A DNA stretch of 64,000 nt from Balneolales bacterium. Its GTDB lineage: Bacteria > Bacteroidota > Rhodothermia > Balneolales > HLUCCA01. A program made the translations under genes and the position numbers. This document shows, in pieces, positions 27,491 through 36,012 of the stretch; positions within the stretch are counted from its first letter, which is position 1, and every line of letters begins with the position of its first letter. The notes below the pieces were generated by a model. It did not search any database. It saw only the letters and a list, made by a program, of their open reading frames with translations, and was not told where the DNA came from. The stretch is taken from contig JBGTBY010000035.1 of the NCBI GenBank assembly GCA_041749075.1, positions 278,104 through 342,103 of the forward strand, in the 5' to 3' direction.

Positions 27491-27607
27491 GGATGAGTGA
27501 TGGTGCCGTTTATGGGTCTGAAGACGTGTGGAAAAGATAACAATTCCGTAACGTGGCGACAAAGTTCAAAGGATTTGAGTTTTCATATCAAAAATGCGGA
27601 TTCTGGT

Positions 27608-27637
27608 TTGACTGATGTGGCTCTGAAACCGTATATT
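27608..27637 (+). promoter_or_regulatory. Sigma-70-like promoter for tRNA-Asn
   Basis: TTGACT (27608-27613), 17-18-nt spacer, GTATAT/TATATT (27631-27637). About 12 nt upstream of the mature tRNA 5' end. Confidence 0.5.
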
Positions 27638-27648
27638 TGTGGCTCTAT

Positions 27649-27720
27649 TCCTCGGTAGCTCAATGGCAGAGCATGCGGCTGTTAACCGCAGGGTTGCTGG
27701 TTCGAGTCCAGCCCGGGGAG
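27649..27720 (+). tRNA. tRNA-Asn (anticodon GTT)
   Basis: TCCTCGG acceptor pairs with CCGGGGA. D-arm GCTCAATGGCAGAGC, anticodon loop CT-GTT-AA, T-arm GCTGGTTCGAGTCCAGC, discriminator G. Confidence 0.92.
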
Positions 27721-27727
27721 CAGATTC

Positions 27728-27761
27728 AGGGACTGATGTGAAAGCGTCGGTCCCTTTTTTT
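27728..27761 (+). terminator. Rho-independent terminator after tRNA-Asn
   Basis: GGGACUGAUG-UGAAAG-CGUCGGUCCC stem followed by 7 T (27755-27761). Confidence 0.8.
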
Positions 27762-27784
27762 ATGTACAGAGAGGAGGAATATTA

Positions 27785-27810
27785 ACAGGGAGGATGGGAG
27801 TATGGGAGGT
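27785..27810. repeat. Solo copy of the GGAGG-rich octamer repeat also seen at 14893-14981
   Basis: ACAGGGAGG-ATGGGAGT-ATGGGAGG-T. It closely matches the reverse complement of 14957-14981 (ACAGGAGG-ATGGGGGG-ATGGGAGG-T), and the flanks (GAAT-TTA-ACAGG upstream, CC-TTAA downstream) are also similar. Confidence 0.7.
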
Positions 27811-27856
27811 TTGTTATAGGGGGCCTTAATTCGTGCCCGCCGAGAGCGGAGAACAT

Positions 27857-27939
27857 CCCCCAGCTGAAGCTGGGGGTAAATGTTAAGATTCGTATGCTGA
27901 ATGATCATCTTAACGATGACCCCCAGCTTCAGCTGGGGG
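27857..27939. repeat. 83-nt near-perfect palindrome with nested hairpins, downstream of truA
   Basis: CCCCCAGCTGAAGCTGGGGG (27857-27876) and its exact reverse complement CCCCCAGCTTCAGCTGGGGG (27920-27939). Each is self-complementary (8-bp stem). An inner pair GTTAAGAT / ATCTTAAC sits at 27882-27889 / 27907-27914. Confidence 0.85.
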
Positions 27940-27956
27940 ATCCGGTCAACGGTCTA

Positions 27957-28697
27957 CTACCTACGGTCCACGTAACCAACCCTCTCCAGCACCAACCCAT
28001 GCGCCGGTGCGACCGATGGCACCTTATGCGGCGGATGTCCTTCCAACGTCTTCCTGATCGATCCTTCTTCGATCTCTTCTGCTGCGATGGCCACCATCAT
28101 CCCCACCAACCGCCTCACCATATTCCGCAAAAATCGGTTTCCGGTGATGATGTAAACATATCCGCCCCTGGTTTCTTCGAATCGACTCTCCGTAATCGTG
28201 CAAACACAGTTCTCCAGCACAGGATCCATCAACGCGAACGGACGAAAATCATGCGTCCCGATGCAATCATCGGCTGATGAGAGTAGTTTTTTCGGATCGA
28301 TGTTCTTCATCAAATTCCATCGTAAGGGCTGAAGCGGATCCGGGACTATGGCGATGGAATAATGATAGGTTCGGCTGACCGCGTTGAACCGCGCATGAAA
28401 ATCATCATTCACCTTTTCAATTCGGTTGATGCGGATCGATTTCGGAAGCACGGAATTCAACCGCTTCTTCAATCTGTCCGGGGATTCGGATAAGTCGATA
28501 TCCAAATGCGCCACCTGGGCTCGGGCATGAACGCCGCTATCTGTGCGACCCGAAGCGACGAGATCGATGTCGCTGATTTGTGTCACCATCCGGATCTTAT
28601 CTTCGATCTCCTCTTGTATGGTCGGAGTATCGATTTGCTTCTGCCATCCGAAATAATCGCTTCCATCGTACGATATCTCGAATCGAAAGCGTGGCAT
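27957..28697 (-). CDS. truA: tRNA pseudouridine(38-40) synthase
   Basis: Start ATG 28695-28697 (MPRFRFEISYDGSDYFGWQKQ) and catalytic block SGRTDSGVHA. The ORF-track extension to 28910 overlaps the upstream gene and is rejected. Confidence 0.9.
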   Translation of the reverse strand: MPRFRFEISYDGSDYFGWQKQIDTPTIQEEIEDKIRMVTQISDIDLVASGRTDSGVHARAQVAHLDIDLSESPDRLKKRLNSVLPKSIRINRIEKVNDDFHARFNAVSRTYHYSIAIVPDPLQPLRWNLMKNIDPKKLLSSADDCIGTHDFRPFALMDPVLENCVCTITESRFEETRGGYVYIITGNRFLRNMVRRLVGMMVAIAAEEIEEGSIRKTLEGHPPHKVPSVAPAHGLVLERVGYVDRR

Positions 28698-29305
28698 CAG
28701 AACGACAAGCGCAGGTTGAGCATCGGCGCGCCATTGGTATAGCTCATGTACGCCGCCGAATTTCTTGCTTGACGGTATGCCCCCACTCCTGCCAACACGC
28801 GGTTTACGACCATGAGCGATGCGATGGCCGGAAGCTGGTTCCGAGCCGCATCCTCGCGGTTGATCAGATCCACATAGCGATTTCTCGACGCTACATCCTG
28901 CCACTGCCATTGGTTCGCGGGTACATCAGGCAAAATCCTATCCCAATTCCGCGAGCGCAACATCTGATCGTTGTATTCATCGAGGTTGTCGTACCGCGCC
29001 AACGCGAATTTGAACGAAAGCGGTCGCCCGGCGATATCCGCCCCGGCATAATGCCTCGATTGGGTGAGCAGATTGTCATGAAGACGATCCGCATGAATTG
29101 AAAATCCGAAATACCCGCTGATGAGGGCGATGTCGGCGGCCAGATGCACCTTCCCAACAGTCCAGTTATCGGGCTGATTATAGTACTGTCCCCATCCGGG
29201 CACGATGAGTGAGCGCAACAAAGCCTTTCCCTCATTGGATTGCGCCGAGGCCGTGTGCATTCCCATCACGCCCATCAGAAAAATGATGCTAAGCAGTCGC
29301 TTCAT
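28697..29305 (-). CDS. DUF5683-like secreted/membrane protein
   Basis: Signal peptide MKRLLSIIFLMGVMGMHTASA and the PGWGQYYN motif characteristic of that family (by recollection). Confidence 0.5.
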   Translation of the reverse strand: MKRLLSIIFLMGVMGMHTASAQSNEGKALLRSLIVPGWGQYYNQPDNWTVGKVHLAADIALISGYFGFSIHADRLHDNLLTQSRHYAGADIAGRPLSFKFALARYDNLDEYNDQMLRSRNWDRILPDVPANQWQWQDVASRNRYVDLINREDAARNQLPAIASLMVVNRVLAGVGAYRQARNSAAYMSYTNGAPMLNLRLSF

Positions 29306-31775
29306 CCCGAACAGCTCCTTTTGTTTCGTTCCACCGACGCAAGATGGCGATACTGAATCCGATCATCAACAAAAATGTTCCAAGCCAGACCACAGCCACC
29401 ATCGGTTTGCGTTCGATGGTGAGCAGCACCCAATCGGGCTCCACAATATGGTTCACGCCAGCCAGACGAAGTTCGATTTCACCAGTGGATGGATTCACAT
29501 TCGTGAACTGCACTTGGATGTCGCCATTTCCGATCTCAATGACGTCCGATGAGGTCATGGATTGTCCGTTCTCGCGAATGATGGAAAACAAAGGCGATAC
29601 GGTGGAGATGGAATCCGAACCGAACCGTTTCACATCCAATAAGGCTCTGACGGCGATTGAGGTATTTTCGGGCATCGTGGCGAGGTCCACCAAATCAAAA
29701 TCCCGGAAGGTGATCTCATACCCATCCGCTTCGGCGGACTGGTCTTTTTTCAGCTTCAGTATTTTGAAGGATGTGCTGTCGGATGTCGTCACTTCCTGAA
29801 CTCCGCTCATCCGCTCTCGCTCGCGTTCCACCATAGAAGATCCGGCAACATATAAATAGATGTCGGATGTGAGACCGGTACGAACTTCGGGATCTACCGT
29901 CCAGTTGATGTTGCCGGCATTCGCGTTTGCGATCATCGGATATACGGTCGGTATCATGAAAAATGGCGCGCGACCCGATTTCATGTCCTCCACTTTAATG
30001 GTGTATTCCTGCTCTCCCGGACGATTGCGATTCGTTGTGGCTGCTTCCATAAAGGTGACCATATACCTCTCACCGAGCAGTTTCGGCTCATTTTTACGAA
30101 GCTCCACCATTTCGATGGGCTGCATCACTGCAAATCCATCATTTCCGACCACACTTCCAGCCATAACGGCTTTGTTGTATTCGACGGTTTGTTCATCCAA
30201 TAGAGGTCGGTCGAACGCGGCACCAAGAAATCCGATCATCAGGAAGGCGAAGCCGATATGGGAAATCGAGCCACCAATGAGTTTCGGATTACGGCGCAAC
30301 AAGCTGAGCAAGATTCCACCATTGCCGAACAGTCCGATGAACGCCGCCAAGAGCAGCACCATGAACGCGATGTCGCGGATTTCAGCCAAGATGATGATGC
30401 CGATTGTCGCGGCCGAAGCCAGCACCAAAGGAATAAGGATGCGAGTTGCAAGGTCTTCCATCGTTTCGGTGCGCTTCCACCAGACCAATTGTCCGATGAC
30501 CGTCATGATGGCGATGGCGACTCCAAACGGAAGCGACCAATTCGTGTAAAATTGGATGTCGGGTGGCGTCGGATTGTCCACAAACAAACGACCCAGAATC
30601 GGAGAACTCGTTCCGACGATGATCACGATCCCTAACAGAAACAAGGTCATCGCCGCGGCAAAGGCCATGAAATCACGCGATAAAATCGGCGCGTCTTTCG
30701 TGACGGATGGCATGTCTTTGATCCTCCATAGGATGAACCCGGCACCTAAGGCCACCATCGCCAACATGAACGTCAACAACTGATTGTATAGTCCCAGATC
30801 TACGAAACTGTGTACAGAGGCTTCTCCCAAGATGCCGGAGCGCGTCAGGAATGTGGAATAAACAATCAAAACGAAGGCCAGAACCGCAAACACGATCGAC
30901 GAAATGACTCCGGTATCACGCTTGCGCTGAATCAGCATCGTATGGATGCCGGCTGTGCCCACCAACCATGGCACTAAGGATGCATTCTCCACCGGATCCC
31001 ACGCCCAATATCCACCAAAGGACAACGTCACATACGCCCAATATCCACCCAAGAAAATGGCGGTGAGCAAACACACATTCGCAGCCAAAGCCCAAGGCAA
31101 GGCTGGTCGGACCCATTCACGGAACTGCTTTTTCCACACCGCGGCAAGAGCGAACGCGAATGGAACGGTCATCATCGCGAATCCTAAGAAGAGTACCGGC
31201 GGATGGATGACGATCCACGGACTTCTGAGTAAATCATTCAACCCACTTCCATCCGCTGGAATGAAATCCGGATTGTTCATGAAAATCGGCGCATTCGGCA
31301 TCTGTTCGCGAAGCAAACGGAACGGCGATGCTCCGAACTGTGTGCCGAGAAATTCCACGCCCAATACCATCGATATCAGAAAGACCTGTGTCAGACTCAT
31401 AAAGGTCATGACGGGTGCTTTGTAGGTGGTTTCGGTCCAGCGAATCAGTCCCCATCCCACAAGGGCAGTGAACAGAATCCACAGGAGCAACGACCCTTCC
31501 TGGCCACTGTAGAAAGAGGCCCATATATAAATGTCTTGCAGGTCCTTGCTCGTGTAATTGAACACGTAGTAGTATTGGAACTGATGCTGGAACAGCAAAT
31601 ACAGTAACGCGCCGCTGGCGATCAGGACGAACCATCCTTTCGCATAAAACATCCATTTCGCGAGGGGTTCCAGGCGGGAATTGATGCCGTTGGAGATTCG
31701 GATGTAGATGAGAGTGGAAAAGACAGCCGAGAGGAACGCGAGGACGATAGCAATGTGCCCGATCGTTGCAATCAT
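29289..31775 (-). CDS. ccmF: Cytochrome c-type biogenesis protein CcmF-like (heme lyase, System I)
   Basis: Start ATG 31773-31775 (ATGA overlap with the ccmE stop). Multi-TM protein with the W-rich heme-handling motif GGYWAWDPVENASLVPWL. The long C-terminal periplasmic extension makes it larger than E. coli CcmF. Confidence 0.8.
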   Translation of the reverse strand: MIATIGHIAIVLAFLSAVFSTLIYIRISNGINSRLEPLAKWMFYAKGWFVLIASGALLYLLFQHQFQYYYVFNYTSKDLQDIYIWASFYSGQEGSLLLWILFTALVGWGLIRWTETTYKAPVMTFMSLTQVFLISMVLGVEFLGTQFGASPFRLLREQMPNAPIFMNNPDFIPADGSGLNDLLRSPWIVIHPPVLFLGFAMMTVPFAFALAAVWKKQFREWVRPALPWALAANVCLLTAIFLGGYWAYVTLSFGGYWAWDPVENASLVPWLVGTAGIHTMLIQRKRDTGVISSIVFAVLAFVLIVYSTFLTRSGILGEASVHSFVDLGLYNQLLTFMLAMVALGAGFILWRIKDMPSVTKDAPILSRDFMAFAAAMTLFLLGIVIIVGTSSPILGRLFVDNPTPPDIQFYTNWSLPFGVAIAIMTVIGQLVWWKRTETMEDLATRILIPLVLASAATIGIIILAEIRDIAFMVLLLAAFIGLFGNGGILLSLLRRNPKLIGGSISHIGFAFLMIGFLGAAFDRPLLDEQTVEYNKAVMAGSVVGNDGFAVMQPIEMVELRKNEPKLLGERYMVTFMEAATTNRNRPGEQEYTIKVEDMKSGRAPFFMIPTVYPMIANANAGNINWTVDPEVRTGLTSDIYLYVAGSSMVERERERMSGVQEVTTSDSTSFKILKLKKDQSAEADGYEITFRDFDLVDLATMPENTSIAVRALLDVKRFGSDSISTVSPLFSIIRENGQSMTSSDVIEIGNGDIQVQFTNVNPSTGEIELRLAGVNHIVEPDWVLLTIERKPMVAVVWLGTFLLMIGFSIAILRRWNETKGAVRDEATA

Positions 31776-32149
31776 GAAATCACCTTCGGATCGTTGTACT
31801 TCGACGGACATTTAACGAGCATGTCGTCGGAGAGGAAGACGCCGTTGCTCATCTTCCCTTTCACCACCAATTGGTCGGCATCTTCGAAATTGGCGGGCTT
31901 GGCTTTGTTGTACATCACTTTGCGGATGTTGCCGGCTTCATCTTTCATATGAAAAACATAGGATTTCGAAGCCATATCGAACCCATGAGGAAGCTCCGAT
32001 TCCCAGGTTCCGATCACATAGCGGCGTCCACCTGAGTCTTCTGCTTGTTCAAAATTGACATAAGCGTCAATACTGGAACTGAAATTGAGCATCAGCAGGG
32101 AGGTGAAGCCTACCAATAGCACGAGACCGATGATTAAACGGGGTTTCAT
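31772..32149 (-). CDS. ccmE: Cytochrome c maturation heme chaperone CcmE, CxxxY variant
   Basis: 125 aa. N-terminal TM anchor and OB-fold. The C-terminal VKCPSKY has Cys where the canonical HxxxY has the heme-binding His. Confidence 0.8.
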   Translation of the reverse strand: MKPRLIIGLVLLVGFTSLLMLNFSSSIDAYVNFEQAEDSGGRRYVIGTWESELPHGFDMASKSYVFHMKDEAGNIRKVMYNKAKPANFEDADQLVVKGKMSNGVFLSDDMLVKCPSKYNDPKVIS

Positions 32150-32349
32150 TTTTTGTCGATGGTTTCGAGACGATTCAATTTAGAATCTATCGAATACAGA
32201 TACCCCAGCAGGACGAACCAGATGATCAAGCTCACACCCAGAACCACGAACGATAAGTCGTTGCTGTTCATGAATTGGATGAACCAATTCGTGCTTTCAG
32301 TGGCGCCATCCCATTTTTCGGCGTAGGCGGTGGTCAGAGTGTCGGTCAT
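32146..32349 (-). CDS. Small single-TM protein in the CcmD position
   Basis: 67 aa from ATG 32347-32349, TM FVVLGVSLIIWFVLLGYLY. ATGA overlaps on both sides. The rest of the 185-aa ORF-track entry overlaps ccmC and is rejected. Confidence 0.5.
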   Translation of the reverse strand: MTDTLTTAYAEKWDGATESTNWFIQFMNSNDLSFVVLGVSLIIWFVLLGYLYSIDSKLNRLETIDKK

Positions 32350-33023
32350 GACTGTTGGTTCTTCAAGGTTCGATATCTGTAAGACAGATTGGTGAGTACC
32401 ACGGCCAGACCGATAAATCCGATCACGGCCGGGTAGAAGATGAGTCTGAGTTCCGGTGCGGTCACTTCGCTGAACGCTGGGTTTCCGTCGGCGCCGGGAT
32501 GCAGACTCGGCAATTGGCGGGGGATCACATACAACAGAAAGGGAACCGTTGTCACAGCGAATACATTGTAAACCGCTGCGAGTTTGGCCCGTTTCCGTGG
32601 ATCGTCCACCGCGCTGCGTAAGATGAAGTACGATACAAAAAGCAACAGCGTGAGAGCGGATAGATTCATTTTGGGCTCGGCGAAGGTCCACCAAGTTCCC
32701 CAAGTGAAGCGGGCCCAGAGGGCGCCCGTCAACAATCCGCAGATGCCAAACACGATTCCGACCTGGGTCAGAGACGCTGCTTTCGTATCGTGATCAAGCT
32801 TCCCATCGTTCAAAAAGCGGATGCTATACACCAATCCGGCGAGGAACATCGCGTACATCGCCATCCACATGGGAACATGCAGAAACAAGTTACGAGCCGA
32901 TTGTTCCAGAATCGGAATGTCCGGGATGGGTATGAGAAATCCGGCGATGATGACCAAGGTCATCCAAACCGCGACGATGTGCTTCAAAACACGCATTGCA
33001 TCAATATACGCTGTATTTTGCAC
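32346..33023 (-). CDS. ccmC: Heme exporter/cytochrome c assembly protein CcmC
   Basis: Six-TM protein with the W-rich loop LWARFTWGTWWTF. GTG at 33023 or ATG at 32996 (MRVLKHIV...) could be the start. Confidence 0.85.
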   Translation of the reverse strand: MQNTAYIDAMRVLKHIVAVWMTLVIIAGFLIPIPDIPILEQSARNLFLHVPMWMAMYAMFLAGLVYSIRFLNDGKLDHDTKAASLTQVGIVFGICGLLTGALWARFTWGTWWTFAEPKMNLSALTLLLFVSYFILRSAVDDPRKRAKLAAVYNVFAVTTVPFLLYVIPRQLPSLHPGADGNPAFSEVTAPELRLIFYPAVIGFIGLAVVLTNLSYRYRTLKNQQS

Positions 33024-33027
33024 AACT

Positions 33028-33525
33028 ATGAACGAAACCGAACGCGTTATTGTCCTAAAACCGCATCCCCTTGGCTGGCTGTACTATTGGGTGATTTGCG
33101 TGCTCACCATCCCCCTATTCGGCATCGGTTTGGTGGCCGGATTTTTCCTTTGGAAACACATCCGAAGCATTTCTTATCGATTAAGTGATGCGGCTGTGAG
33201 CATCGTTTCCGGCCAGGAAACGATCACGCTTTCTTGGAATGATGTGAGCGAGGTGTTTGCTGAATCCCGAGCCGGACGACTCGGGCACATCGTGATCGTC
33301 AGCAAAAAGACTCGCTACCGATTGACCTTTCTTGAAGACGCCTTTTCCTTGGCGGATACCATCAATCTGATGCTCACATCCAATAATAGGTCGGATGGGG
33401 TTCAATCATCCATCCTCCCACAGGTGGAAATGTCCGTCGACCGTCTGAACGATCTTACCGCGTTATGGCAGCAAGGGCTGATTTCTGAAGAAGATTATCA
33501 GAAGGAGCGCCGGCATTTCATTTGA
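33028..33525 (+). CDS. Membrane bPH (YdbS/YdbT-like) domain protein with a C-terminal SHOCT-like motif
   Basis: Start ATG 33028. Two TMs (WLYYWVICVLTIPLFGIGLVAGFFLW), a PH-like segment, and the C-terminal LTALWQQGLISEEDYQKERRHF. Confidence 0.5.
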   Translation: MNETERVIVLKPHPLGWLYYWVICVLTIPLFGIGLVAGFFLWKHIRSISYRLSDAAVSIVSGQETITLSWNDVSEVFAESRAGRLGHIVIVSKKTRYRLTFLEDAFSLADTINLMLTSNNRSDGVQSSILPQVEMSVDRLNDLTALWQQGLISEEDYQKERRHFI

Positions 33526-33967
33526 CGCCGGTGGATCCGAAACCGCCCTCGCCCCTGTCGGTCGTGGATAATTCATCCACTTGCACTACGCGAACTTGCG
33601 ATACCGGAGCCACAACCAATTGCGCGATCCGATCGCCGTGATTGAACATCATCGGCTCTGTGGAATGATTGATGGCGATCACCATCACTTCGCCGCGATA
33701 ATCGGCATCGATCGTTCCTGGTGAATTTAGCATCGTGATGCCGTGTTTAATGGCCATACCGCTACGAGGGCGAACTTGTGCTTCGAATCCGACAGGAACG
33801 GCGATTTGGAGTCCGGTTGGGATGAGTTTGCGCTCACCGGGCTTCAAAACAACGGTATCGGTCAATGCCGCACGAAGATCCATTCCTGCAGAATGAATCG
33901 TTTCATATGCAGGCAAAGGTAGATCGGACGCATGAGGCATTTGTTTGATTTGGAGATCGGGCATCAC
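33518..33967 (-). CDS. dut: dUTP diphosphatase
   Basis: 149 aa. Motifs AGMDLRA, RPRSGMAIKHGI, NSPGTIDADYRGE and RGEGGFGSTG. Confidence 0.95.
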   Translation of the reverse strand: MMPDLQIKQMPHASDLPLPAYETIHSAGMDLRAALTDTVVLKPGERKLIPTGLQIAVPVGFEAQVRPRSGMAIKHGITMLNSPGTIDADYRGEVMVIAINHSTEPMMFNHGDRIAQLVVAPVSQVRVVQVDELSTTDRGEGGFGSTGVK

Positions 33968-34737
33968 TTTGTTCGTTTATAGGATTTGAGTTTAACCACC
34001 ACGTTGCCAATCCAGACTTTCACATGGGCTTCATAAGGCAGGCGCATGGAATCGGTGCTGTACCAGGTTTTGAACGCACCTGAAAAGCCGAAAGGTCCTT
34101 TCAGATCCGCTTGACCATGCATATGATAGGCCGGCATCGGATTCGGAAACGCGGGTAACGAGCGATAGTCGATTTTGGAAGTGAACCACATCCGCGACAC
34201 CCCTTTTTCGAATTCCGTGACAATGGGATAATTCACGAGGGTATCGACCCCGGCATACAAACGCGACACATAGAACAATCCCGGACCTGAATCGGTGGGC
34301 CCATCAATCGGAAACACACCCTTCAACTTTTCATATTCATAGCCCAGAACGCGCATTTTCTCATAATCGTAGGTATAGCGCGTATCCATGTATTCGTTAT
34401 CGTGGATGCTGTTGGAATGGAAATTGTAACAGAAAAAGGTGTCGTCGTCATATCCTGTGACCGAGTAGAAGTGTCGTTCTTTATCACCGATCAAGAACAA
34501 AGCCGGATTGGATTTGATCTTGCTTAAGAGAATGAAGGCTGGTTTCCCATTCCACGTCGTGTCTTTGACCACTTCAATGGTGACCGTTCCCAATGTGAAA
34601 AATCCGTATTCCACCTGATAGACGAAGATTTCATCTGCATTGACCAGAGATTGTACGGATGGCGGCGGCACCGGTGCCATGGCCGCTCTCAAAAAGAGGA
34701 AGGAAGCGAGAGAGCCGAAAAGCAGTAGGGATTTCAT
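33964..34737 (-). CDS. Secreted hypothetical protein (DUF3108-like)
   Basis: Signal peptide. The EIFVYQVEYGFFTLGTVTIEV pattern resembles DUF3108 proteins. 4-nt overlap with dut. Confidence 0.4.
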   Translation of the reverse strand: MKSLLLFGSLASFLFLRAAMAPVPPPSVQSLVNADEIFVYQVEYGFFTLGTVTIEVVKDTTWNGKPAFILLSKIKSNPALFLIGDKERHFYSVTGYDDDTFFCYNFHSNSIHDNEYMDTRYTYDYEKMRVLGYEYEKLKGVFPIDGPTDSGPGLFYVSRLYAGVDTLVNYPIVTEFEKGVSRMWFTSKIDYRSLPAFPNPMPAYHMHGQADLKGPFGFSGAFKTWYSTDSMRLPYEAHVKVWIGNVVVKLKSYKRTK

Positions 34738-34778
34738 AAACAGATGGAAAGATAAAAAGAGGTGGTAACTTATAGGCT

Positions 34779-35276
34779 ATGCGCACGAGAACATTGTTTT
34801 GGATTCCGTTTGTTTTGATTCTGGCGGCTTGCTCGCGCAATTCGGCACAGGATAAATTCGAGTCCGATGCACGAAAAGCGCCGACAGGCATCACTCGAAC
34901 AGACGCGTCGGGCCGCATCCTCTCTAATGATCCCGACGATTGGCGCATCGGTCCGATGTTTCAAGGCTTTGTGGATATCAGTGTGCCGGCATATCCAAAT
35001 CCATCGCAGAACCAGCGCATCACAATCGATCTGATTATATCGGGTTTGGAATCGGTCAATGGAATTGAAGTTTATACAAGAACGGCTTTGGGTGAGCCCT
35101 TATTCTTATATGAGATTCCGGACAGACCCATCCCCATCGGTGTCAGCCAGATTTTCTTCGATCCTATTTCCTTATCCCCTTTTCGGACCTACGACAACGC
35201 CATCGGCATCCATCGTATCTATATATATGATCGCAATGGGAATCTCATCAGTTATGGGGATGTCGAGATCGAGTAA
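34779..35276 (+). CDS. Small lipoprotein with an Ig-like/T9SS-CTD-like beta-sandwich signature
   Basis: Lipobox LILAACS. AYPNPSQNQRITIDL ... IYIYDRNGNLISYGDV resembles FlgD-Ig/T9SS sorting-domain folds (by eye). Confidence 0.4.
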   Translation: MRTRTLFWIPFVLILAACSRNSAQDKFESDARKAPTGITRTDASGRILSNDPDDWRIGPMFQGFVDISVPAYPNPSQNQRITIDLIISGLESVNGIEVYTRTALGEPLFLYEIPDRPIPIGVSQIFFDPISLSPFRTYDNAIGIHRIYIYDRNGNLISYGDVEIE

Positions 35277-35532
35277 TGGCACGGTTAACCGATTCCCAAC
35301 GCACGATTCTGGCTCAACTCATCTTCCACGAATCGTTTGAAAACCTCATGAGCGAAACCGGATTCCAGTACGGAGTGATCCGCGATGATTTGATGCAGCT
35401 CATGCACGCTGGAATGATTGAGATTTTTTCGAATGCCGACCAGCCCGCGCGATTAATGGCCTATGACAGCGACCGGCTTCAGGCGTATCTTTTCAGAGTG
35501 AGCCGCAAAGGCCTGAACGAGATCCAACATCT

Positions 35533-35536
<4 letters not shown>
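35276..35536 (+). CDS. Hypothetical 86-aa protein
   Basis: Intact ORF tightly packed between neighbours (its ATG follows the upstream stop directly; 4-nt overlap downstream). No motif recognised. Confidence 0.4.

Positions 35537-36004
<468 letters not shown>

Positions 36005-36012
<8 letters not shown>

Noticed and set aside
27491-27957. tRNA-Asn as the attachment site of a genomic island, given that the VTC cluster or the palindromic region lies next to the tRNA.
   Set aside because: No integrase or recombinase is present, and by eye there is no direct repeat of the tRNA 3' end elsewhere in the window. The gene downstream of the tRNA is housekeeping truA.
27726-28277. ORFs 27726-27908 (minus, 60 aa) and 27894-28277 (plus, 127 aa), which both contain the string PQLQLGD.
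   Set aside because: The shared peptide is an artefact of translating the two arms of the 83-nt palindrome. The second ORF is antisense to truA. There is no coding evidence.
32146-32703. 185-aa ORF spanning the ccmC 3' half.
   Set aside because: Only the last 67 codons (from ATG 32347-32349) are free of overlap and encode a plausible single-TM CcmD-position protein. The upstream part is Arg/Ser-rich out-of-frame ccmC sequence.
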